From positions 1 to 39,245 of the forward strand of contig JBJKQR010000011.1 in NCBI GenBank assembly GCA_046735395.1: DNA of 39,245 bases, in the 5' to 3' direction. The notes under the pieces are model-generated. The model was not told the origin of the DNA, did not search any database, and worked only from the letters and a program-made list of their open reading frames with translations. The stretch is from Fidelibacterota bacterium (GTDB lineage Bacteria > Fidelibacterota > Fidelibacteria > Fidelibacterales > DSDE01). Numbering within the stretch: the stretch's first letter is position 1; every line of letters begins with the position of its first letter. The position numbers and the translations under genes are program-made. Shown one piece after another: positions 9,627 through 17,415 of the stretch.

Positions 9627-9736
9627 GAAGACTCCTTCCCTATCTAAATTTTTTCTGGGCCAATATACGATTCTATGTGCAGCATCACAAGTATCCATTC
9701 AGGGGCCGCTGTCCGGTGTGACGGAAAGGGAATTAT

Positions 9737-10970
9737 GAGACTGAGGATGAGGATAAGGTTGAGGTTGAGCCTGAGGAAGAAACAAGAAATTGCCCTGCTA
9801 TGAAAAACGTGGGTACTCGTTACTACTAATGCGTAGACGGGTAAATGGGTAGATGAGTAGATGGGGAAGAAACGAAATTCACCGCGTCTATGGAATTCCG
9901 GTAGAGACGTTGCATGCAACGTCTGTCCCCGTTTTAAAGGGCGGTAAACGGTCACTTATATCTTGATTTTATCGGCATCCTCGCTACTCAAAAGCCAGAT
10001 TGCGGATCAGGTCCGCAATGACAGCCCTTTATAAAATGTGTACAGGGCTTTTGAAACTCCTCTTCGCTTTGGAGCATAAGAAAAACAGGATTTTAGAGAA
10101 GGAGCGTTTATGAATTTCAACAGGGGTGCAGTGCAGCCGTTAAGAATCTATTCAGACTGGCTTTGCAGGCCTTGAGAGATTCAGGCGGAACGGAGGCCCT
10201 GTCCCTGTTTTTCTTCAGCTCCTGATTCTTTTTGTTTCTTTTTCTGATCAAGCAGAAAAAGAAAGAGGGGTTTGGATTGATCAAAGCGTTGATGCGTAGA
10301 TGAGTTGACGCGTAGACGGGTAGACGAGTAGACAGGGAAGAAACGAGAATTTGCCCTGCTATGAAAAACGTGGGTACTCGTTACTACTAATGCGTAGACG
10401 GGTAAATGGGTAGATGAGTAGATGGGGAAGAAACGAAAATTCACCGCATCTATGGAATTCCGGTAGAGACGTTGCATGCAACGTCTGTCCCCGTTTTAAA
10501 GGGCGGAAACGGTCACTTATATCTTGATTTTATCGGCATCCTCGCTACTCAAAAGCCAGATTGCGGATCAGGTCCGCAATGACATTTGCGCAAGGATTCT
10601 GTGATTCCTCTTCGTTTTGATGAAGCGTTGGCTGGTTCGCGGGTTGGCGGGTTGATGCGTAGATGAGTTGACGCGTAGACGGGTAGACGAGTAGACAGGG
10701 AAGAAATGAGAAACTGTCCTGCTATGGAATATCGCAGCACCTCTTGAGGCCTACTCGATTCTCGATACTCGTTACTCGCTACTGAGGGAAGCGAAGCGAA
10801 GACGGGACACTCGCTACTCGATACTCGTTACTCGCTACTGAGCGAAGCGAAACTAAGACAGTCCTGCCGCGGGGGCGTTGCGGGGGTGTCCCCCGCAGAA
10901 GGGGGTGCGGATGAGATCATCCGCGCAGCGGAAAGCTCATCCCAGGGGGAACGCTTTCCCCCTCACCCAC
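9737..10970 (+). repeat. Intergenic repeat mosaic II, including a 249-bp direct duplication and REP-like palindromes
   Basis: 9775-10023 is nearly identical to 10336-10584. Also contains a GAGGTT-type hexamer run (9737-9776), GTAGACGR and TACTCGN tracts, and palindromes at 9901, 9998, 10235, 10463, 10559 and 10879-10968. Confidence 0.9.
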
Positions 10971-11004
10971 AATACCGAAACATCCATTCCCGGTCAGAAA
11001 GCCC

Positions 11005-11033
11005 TTGACCCCACTGTCATAACATAGTATTTT
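11005..11033 (+). promoter_or_regulatory. Putative sigma70-like promoter of the MFS gene
   Basis: TTGACC (11005-11010), 17-bp spacer, TATTTT (11028-11033). Confidence 0.4.
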
Positions 11034-11147
11034 CCGCTTCATGAAACCCCTTGTTCCCGGACCTGAAAATAAATGCACAATGTGGTCTGATATCAGGTTG
11101 GAACAGGTTTCGGACGGAATCAATAATGATAAGGAACAGGATATACA

Positions 11148-12332
11148 ATGAGCGAAAGCAGGCCTCAAAAAATGAAAGCGGAACCGGAAGCGCTGTTTCC
11201 CGACCGGAATTTACTCATCATCTTCGGTATCACCCTCATGGCCGTCATGGGCGTATCCAGTATCACGCCTCTTTTTCCCACGCTGGTACAGAAGTTCAAT
11301 GTGTCGGCCCACAGCATCGGCCTCCTCATCACCGTATTCACCTTTCCCGGCATCTTGCTCACGCCGGTTCTGGGTGTCATGGCCGACCGTTACGGCCGCA
11401 AAAAGATCCTCGTTCCGTCCCTCCTGCTCTTCTCCATTGCCGGCGGTAGCTGCGGATTCGCCCATACTTTCAACCAGCTTCTGATTCTCCGTTTTCTTCA
11501 GGGCGTGGGGGCCTCCTCTCTCGGCAGCCTGAATATCACCCTTCTCGGCGACCTTTACTCCGATACGAAACGCATTGCCGCCATGGGATACAATGCCAGT
11601 GTTCTGAGTATCGGTACGGCCGCCTACCCGGCCATCGGAGGCGCGCTGGCTCTTCTGGCTTGGAATTTCCCCTTCTTTCTTCCTTTCCTGGCCCTGCCAC
11701 TTGGGTTTGCCATCCTTTTCTTCCTCAATAATCCCGAACCCCGGAATGATCAGCATTTTCTCACCTATCTCCGGAATGCCTGGCAGAGCGTGAAAAACCG
11801 TCAGGTCTTCGTTCTTTTCGCTGCCAGCGTCATCACCTTCATTATTCTCTACGGACCTTTTCTAACCTATTTCCCGCTGTTTCTCGGCCGGGATTTCAAG
11901 GCCAGCCCCCTCACCATCGGCCTCATCATGTCCAGCATGTCCATTACCACGGCCATCACCTCCTCCCAGCTCTCCCGCCTCAGCCGCATCTTTCAGCAGA
12001 AGACACTTCTGCAGCTGGCTTTCGGCTTCTATACACTGGCCCTCATCATTACCCCCTTTATGCACGGAGAACTGTTCTTCATCATTCCCGCCATCATACT
12101 CGGCGTGGCCCAGGGCATGAATATGCCCACCATACAGAATCTTCTGGCCGGCCTGTCTCCGCTCCAATACCGCGCCGCCTTCATGTCCATCAACGGCATG
12201 GTCCTGCGCATGGGACAAACCCTCGGCCCGCTGATCATTGCCCCCTTCTTCACGATGTGGGGCATTCAGGGCGCCTTCACCGCCGGAGCCGGCTTTTCCG
12301 TCCTCATGCTGATCTTTCTCAGATTTTTCTGA
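11148..12332 (+). CDS. Major facilitator superfamily transporter (DHA1-like)
   Basis: MFS motif A GVMADRYGRKK, LRFLQGVG and about 12 hydrophobic segments. Start may be 11148 or 11172. Confidence 0.9.
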   Translation: MSESRPQKMKAEPEALFPDRNLLIIFGITLMAVMGVSSITPLFPTLVQKFNVSAHSIGLLITVFTFPGILLTPVLGVMADRYGRKKILVPSLLLFSIAGGSCGFAHTFNQLLILRFLQGVGASSLGSLNITLLGDLYSDTKRIAAMGYNASVLSIGTAAYPAIGGALALLAWNFPFFLPFLALPLGFAILFFLNNPEPRNDQHFLTYLRNAWQSVKNRQVFVLFAASVITFIILYGPFLTYFPLFLGRDFKASPLTIGLIMSSMSITTAITSSQLSRLSRIFQQKTLLQLAFGFYTLALIITPFMHGELFFIIPAIILGVAQGMNMPTIQNLLAGLSPLQYRAAFMSINGMVLRMGQTLGPLIIAPFFTMWGIQGAFTAGAGFSVLMLIFLRFF

Positions 12333-12485
12333 TCCGGGCTCTTCTCCCGGACTGATAACCAACCACTAAGCGGGTTGGCGAGTTGGCGGGTCCAGGTGTT
12401 AATGCGTTGATGCGGATATGCGTTAAAGCGGGAGAAATAAGGCACCACCGGAATAACATTTTCGTTCAGATTGTCTCAGATATTT

Positions 12486-13003
12486 TTCGTGTTTATTCGT
12501 GTAATCCGTGGAATAATTAATCCGTGTCTATTCGTGTGCTTTGTGGATTGTTTGCTTTGTTGGTTGGAGTGTTGGCGGGTTGGATGCGTAGATGAGTTGA
12601 CGGGTAGACGGGTAGACGGGGAAGAAACGAGAATCCGGGAGTGGACTGATGTTTAACGGTACTGTTCCATTTTTTCGTGTTGTTTTGTGTTCTTTGTAGA
12701 GTGCGAATTCTTCGTGTATATTCGTGTTCTTCGTGGAAAAAATAATCCGTGTCTATTCGTGTGCTTCGTGGATTGTTTGCTTTGTTGGTTGGAGTGTTAG
12801 CGGGTTGGATGCGTAGATGAGTTGACGAGTAGACGGGTAGACGAGGAAGAAACGAGAATCCGGGAGTGGACTGATGTTTAACGGTACTGTTCCATTTTTT
12901 CGTGTTGTTTTGTGTTCTTTGTGGAGTGCGAATTCTTCGTGTCTATTCGTGTTCTTCGTGGAAAAAATAATCCGTGTTTATTCATGTGCTTCGTGGATTG
13001 TTT
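12486..13003 (+). repeat. Tandem repeat of a 225-bp unit (~2.3 copies), within repeat mosaic III
   Basis: AATCCGTGT recurs at 12519, 12744 and 12969 (period 225). The unit contains TTCGTG-rich 9-10-mers and a GTAGACGR-GAAGAAAC module. Confidence 0.92.
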
Positions 13004-13027
13004 TTCGTTTCGTGTCAATCCGGTAAT

Positions 13028-14707
13028 CTAATTCGTGGACACTAAATCCTGCCAGATCCGGTCCAGCTGCTCAGCCGAAAAGCGCCGTGCTTCCGAGAGC
13101 AGATCCTGAAGGTCCTTTCTGAACCCGGCAGCAGTGGACGCATCGGACAGGTCCTTGATATTGATGAGCACATTCATGGCAGCGCCCTCCATGGCCGCGA
13201 GGGCCTGGAGCAGGCCCACGCCGCTGTCGCTCAGACTGTTCCGGTTTCCCTTTTCAGCTGTTTCAGCGCAGAGTTCCATGGCCTGCCGGCTCAGTTTCAT
13301 CACGGTCAGAGGGACAGCGGCGGCGGTTTTTACAGCCTTTTCGAGCTCTCCTGCCCGCCGTTTCGTCTCCTCATCGCTTTTCTTCGGCAACCGCATCGCG
13401 GCCATGATGCCGCGGAAGGCCTCCGTATCCTCGTCGATGGATTTCAGCAGCGCATCCTTCAGCGACTGGGCCCTGACGGGGAGGGTCAGCATTTCGTCCC
13501 GAACCGCTTCATAGCCTTTTTTACCAATGCTCAGCTGGGCAACCATGGAGGCCAGCGACGCAGCCAGAGATCCGGCCAGGGCCGACACAGACCCGCCTCC
13601 CGGAGCCGGCGAATCCATGGACAATTCATCGGCAAAGTCGGACAGCGACATGGACGCAAGCGGCCCCATTCCGGCCGAAACCCTATAGTCGATTATTTTT
13701 TCCTGCGCATCAAAGGGGGCCAGTTCCGCACATCCCATGCTCTGAACGGCAATACGGATGAGTTCCTTTTCGGGCAGGCCGGCCGATTTTCCCTGTTTCA
13801 GCAGATAATGGGCGCCGCTGGCCAGCAGGGCGGCCTTGGGCAGCAGGCCCACAATTTCCGATCCGGTCACGCGCAGCCCGCGTTTGTCCGCCTCCGCGCA
13901 GACCGTGTCAAAGGCATCATGAATCCCGGTCACCCGGTAATCGGTGAGATTGATGGAAACCTGCGCACAGTCATATTCGTCGATATACCAGCCCACGGCC
14001 TTACAGTTCTTCAGAAGTCCGGGCACTTTCAGTGCTGTCCCATCCGTGTCATGCAGGATATTTCCGGCTTCATCGCGCCGGGCCCGGCCCTGTTCGCGGA
14101 TACTGAGAGCAATATCCGATGCCAGTTTTTTGTCCCGTGTATTCAGATTGACATTATAGGCAATGAGAAATTCCCGCACACCGGTGATCAGGGCGCCGGA
14201 GCGGGCATTGAAAACCGGCTCTCCGAAATCCGGCATCCACACCGGATCGCGCAGCTTCTCCTCCAGTCCCTCATATTCCCCCTTGCGCACATCGGCCAGA
14301 TTCACACGTTGGGCGGACCGGGCGGCCTTTTCATAAAGATAGACGGGAAGATTCAATTCATCCGCCACCCGCTGACCGAGTTTTTCCGCGATCTGTACGC
14401 ACTCTTCATGGCTTATTCCTGAAACGGGAATAAATGGACACACATCGGTTGCTCCCATCCGGGCATGGGCGCCGTGGTGCTCCCGCATATCAATCACTTC
14501 TGCGGCCTTTCGGATTCCGGCAAAGGCCCCTTCCAGAATGGAATCCGGATCCCCGACGAAGGTCACGACCGTCCGGTTCGTATCATATCCCGGATCCGTA
14601 TCCAGCAGACGAACCCCTTTTACCGCTTCGATTGCATCCGTGATCTGCCTGATTTTCACAGGATCACGGCCTTCACTGAAATTCGGAACACATTCCACAA
14701 TACGCAT
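13028..14707 (-). CDS. ftcD: Bifunctional glutamate formimidoyltransferase / formimidoyltetrahydrofolate cyclodeaminase
   Basis: IVECVPNFSEGR, HARMGATDVCPF, GSEIVGL and C-terminal SPAPGGGSVSAL cyclodeaminase domain. Confidence 0.93.
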   Translation of the reverse strand: MRIVECVPNFSEGRDPVKIRQITDAIEAVKGVRLLDTDPGYDTNRTVVTFVGDPDSILEGAFAGIRKAAEVIDMREHHGAHARMGATDVCPFIPVSGISHEECVQIAEKLGQRVADELNLPVYLYEKAARSAQRVNLADVRKGEYEGLEEKLRDPVWMPDFGEPVFNARSGALITGVREFLIAYNVNLNTRDKKLASDIALSIREQGRARRDEAGNILHDTDGTALKVPGLLKNCKAVGWYIDEYDCAQVSINLTDYRVTGIHDAFDTVCAEADKRGLRVTGSEIVGLLPKAALLASGAHYLLKQGKSAGLPEKELIRIAVQSMGCAELAPFDAQEKIIDYRVSAGMGPLASMSLSDFADELSMDSPAPGGGSVSALAGSLAASLASMVAQLSIGKKGYEAVRDEMLTLPVRAQSLKDALLKSIDEDTEAFRGIMAAMRLPKKSDEETKRRAGELEKAVKTAAAVPLTVMKLSRQAMELCAETAEKGNRNSLSDSGVGLLQALAAMEGAAMNVLINIKDLSDASTAAGFRKDLQDLLSEARRFSAEQLDRIWQDLVSTN

Positions 14708-14744
14708 GAGCAGCTCCCAAACCGATTAGGTTTATTGATTTTTA

Positions 14745-14933
14745 TCAGTGCAGAGGAAAATTCCTCAGAAAGTACAGCAGATAAGCCAGTACCGCAAAAA
14801 GGACGATGAGCCGCAGCAGAGACCGGTTGCCCTTGTAGCGCCTCAGGTGCACGCCCAGATCGAATCCCTTTTTCTCCGCATCATCCTCGTCATCGTGCAG
14901 TACATAGCGGCTGGGCCTGGGTATATTCTTCAT
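14745..14933 (-). CDS. Small hypothetical membrane protein (62 aa)
   Basis: ATG-started ORF co-oriented with its neighbours, filling the gap, with one C-terminal hydrophobic helix. Confidence 0.5.
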   Translation of the reverse strand: MKNIPRPSRYVLHDDEDDAEKKGFDLGVHLRRYKGNRSLLRLIVLFAVLAYLLYFLRNFPLH

Positions 14934-14997
14934 CCATATCCCCTTTCGATTGAAATTTAGTCAGGATTTCCGGTCAATGGCAAGGGCGGGATTCCTT

Positions 14998-15642
14998 TTA
15001 AAATACTGCCCCGGCGAAGATGTAGGAAAAGAAATTCACAAAGGGCCAGATAATGATCCCGAAGACGGAAATACCGGTGACCATTCCGAGAACAATCAGC
15101 ACCATGAGCGCCATGGGGCCGGTGCGTTCCAGATTGTCCAGCATGGGATCATAGCGTCTGGGCAGGAGGCCGCGGAGAATCCGTCCCCCATCGAGGGGCG
15201 GAACGGGAATAAGATTGAAAACGGCCAGGGCCAGATTGATTTTCAGACTATAGATCAGCATTATTTTCAGAATTGAGACCGGGGTAAAATCATGGATGGC
15301 CATCGAATGTGTACCGATATAACGGATAATCAGGCCGGAGATCAGGGCGAGAAGCATATTGGATGCGGGTCCGGCGAGTGCGATCCAGAGCATGTCCTGC
15401 CGGGGATTCTTCAGATAGCGGACATCGACGGGAACGGGTTTTGCCCATCCGAAATGAACCAGGAAGAGCATGAGGGTTCCGATGGGATCCAGGTGAGCAA
15501 GCGGATTGAGGGTCAGCCGGCCCATATTTCTGGCCGTAGGATCTCCGTAGCGCCAGGCCACATAACCGGGGGCAAATTCGTGAAAACTGAGGGCAAAGAG
15601 AATGGGCGGTGCCAGGATGACCGCCAGTTGGATCTGATTCAT
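14998..15642 (-). CDS. Site-2 protease (peptidase M50) family protein with an altered zinc motif
   Basis: GDPTA..GRLTLNPLAHLDPIG, FGWAKPVP, AGPASN, FNLIPVPPLDG. The HExxH motif reads HEFAP. Confidence 0.9.
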   Translation of the reverse strand: MNQIQLAVILAPPILFALSFHEFAPGYVAWRYGDPTARNMGRLTLNPLAHLDPIGTLMLFLVHFGWAKPVPVDVRYLKNPRQDMLWIALAGPASNMLLALISGLIIRYIGTHSMAIHDFTPVSILKIMLIYSLKINLALAVFNLIPVPPLDGGRILRGLLPRRYDPMLDNLERTGPMALMVLIVLGMVTGISVFGIIIWPFVNFFSYIFAGAVF

Positions 15643-16577
15643 ATTTTTTTTCTTTCTCTTGGGTGAAAGGTTTGATGTATTTCCTTGAGGTAGGACCGGT
15701 CAAGGTGGGTATATATCTGCGTTGTGGAAATGGAAGAGTGCCCCAGCATTTCCTGCACAGCCCTCAGGTCGGCGCCGCCCTCCAGCAGATGGGTGGCGAA
15801 ACTGTGGCGAAAAACATGCGGCGACACTTTTTTTTCAATTTTTGCAGAGCGGGCATACTGCTGGATGATCTTCCACACACCCATGCGGCTGAGCGGAGCT
15901 CCATTCCGGTTCAGAAAGAGAAAATCCTCACTTTTCAGCGTGTGGGCGGCCAATGTCCCCCGCACATAACTCAGATATCTCTTCAGCCAGAATTCCGCCT
16001 CCCGGCCGAAGGGAATGACCCGTTCCTTGTTCCCCTTGCCGAAGAGCCGGAGAAAACCGTGATGCAGCAGGAGTGACGGAAGCCGGAGAGCCAGCAGTTC
16101 GGAAATGCGAAGTCCGCAGCCGTACAACAATTCGATCATGGCCCGGTCGCGGATACCCAGATCCGTTTCCGTATTGATAACGGTCATGAGATCTTCAATA
16201 TCGGGAATATCCAGAATCTTGGGCAGACGTTTCGGTATGCGGGGGCTGTCTATCGCCGCAGACGGGTCGGTGGTCATATATCCTTCATTCATCATGAAGC
16301 GATGAAACATCCGAACCGACGAAAGGTTCCGGCTGATGCTGGACGGCAGCAGTCCCAGATCATCCAGCATTTCCAGAAAAACCCGGACGTTGACAGATTT
16401 TACAGCAGCAGCCGTCCGGATGCCCTGCTCCTCAAGTGATATGCAGTAGCGCTCCAGGTCAAGTTTATAGCTCTCAATGGTATTGGGCGCCAGGTTCCGT
16501 TCCACTCGAAGATAGTAGATAAAATCTTTTACGGACGTTTCGAGCATGTCCATAATTTGCAGGTTTTTTCCCGTCAT
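15639..16577 (-). CDS. xerD: Site-specific tyrosine recombinase XerD
   Basis: RDRAMIELLYGCGLRISEL, GKGNKER, HVFRHSFATHLLEGGADLRAVQEMLGHSSISTTQIYTH. The exact start codon is uncertain. Confidence 0.9.
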   Translation of the reverse strand: MTGKNLQIMDMLETSVKDFIYYLRVERNLAPNTIESYKLDLERYCISLEEQGIRTAAAVKSVNVRVFLEMLDDLGLLPSSISRNLSSVRMFHRFMMNEGYMTTDPSAAIDSPRIPKRLPKILDIPDIEDLMTVINTETDLGIRDRAMIELLYGCGLRISELLALRLPSLLLHHGFLRLFGKGNKERVIPFGREAEFWLKRYLSYVRGTLAAHTLKSEDFLFLNRNGAPLSRMGVWKIIQQYARSAKIEKKVSPHVFRHSFATHLLEGGADLRAVQEMLGHSSISTTQIYTHLDRSYLKEIHQTFHPRERKKI

Positions 16578-16668
16578 AAAAAGCTTTTATATGTATCTGC
16601 TGCCCGATTGGATGAATGATTCGGGCTGAAAATAATCGGAAATATTTATTCAGGAATTAATGAAATAA

Positions 16669-17415
16669 TCAGCGAGAGCGGTGAACCGCATCCACAAACT
16701 GTGGAATCAGCGGATAATTATCGGGGTTTTCCATACTGTTGCCTACAACAATGAAATCAGCGCCGGCTTCGACTTTCCGTTGGGCCGTCTGCGGATCACG
16801 GATTCCTCCACCCACCATGATGGGGATGGAGACCGCAGCCCGGATTTTCCGGATGGTCTCCTCAGGAATGCTCTGGCCGGCTCCGCTCCCCGCCTCCAGA
16901 TACAGCATGCGGAAGCCCATCATTTCCGCGGCAATGGCGTGGGCCACGGCAATATCAGGTTTTTCGAAAGGGATTCCCCGTGTATTGCTCATGAATTCCA
17001 CCGTGGTCGTGGTGCCTGTATTGATGAGCATGTAGGCGGTGGAAATGGTTTCCATGCCCATGGCCTTCAGGCGCGGCGCGGCAATGACATGATCACCGAA
17101 GAGATAATTCGCATTTCGCCCGGATACAATACTGATGAAGAGCAGGGCGTCGAAATCGCTGTGAATCTGGGACACGGCCCCGGGAAACAGGACCACCGGC
17201 ACGGCGGACTGAGACTTGATGCGGCGAACCTTTTCGTCATAACCGTCATCCATCATCAGGCTGCCGCCTACGAGAAGCGCATCCACACCCGCGTTTTTCA
17301 CATGCTCCATGAGCACATCAATCTGCGGAAGCGCGATGCTGTCCGGATCGATCAGAACCAGAAAGCCGGCCCCGTGACGGGATTTGACATCTAAGAGATG
17401 CTGGAAAACATTCAT
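16669..17415 (-). CDS. Geranylgeranylglyceryl/heptaprenylglyceryl phosphate synthase (PcrB/GGGPS family, group II-like)
   Basis: LIDPD, DALLVGGS, PVVLFPG, YLEAGSGA, VGGGIR and GADFIVVGN motifs. Confidence 0.9.
   Translation of the reverse strand: MNVFQHLLDVKSRHGAGFLVLIDPDSIALPQIDVLMEHVKNAGVDALLVGGSLMMDDGYDEKVRRIKSQSAVPVVLFPGAVSQIHSDFDALLFISIVSGRNANYLFGDHVIAAPRLKAMGMETISTAYMLINTGTTTTVEFMSNTRGIPFEKPDIAVAHAIAAEMMGFRMLYLEAGSGAGQSIPEETIRKIRAAVSIPIMVGGGIRDPQTAQRKVEAGADFIVVGNSMENPDNYPLIPQFVDAVHRSR

Noticed and set aside
9644..10740. ORFs 9644-9955, 10181-10477 and 10549-10740 (also 12471-12656) as genes
   Set aside because: They are translations of the repeat tracts (e.g. STRLPVY-like peptides) with no protein-family features.
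10879..10968. tRNA gene
   Set aside because: Branched fold but no T-loop GTTCRA, D-loop consensus or suitable anticodon arm.
5377..13020. CRISPR array interpretation of the recurring 35-bp motif
   Set aside because: Copies are degenerate, irregularly spaced (200 bp to kb) and separated by other repeats rather than unique spacers. No cas genes are present.
15639..16577. Tyrosine recombinase as an integron or prophage integrase
   Set aside because: It has typical XerD motifs, no evident IntI-specific insertion, and sits among housekeeping genes far from the attC-like site.
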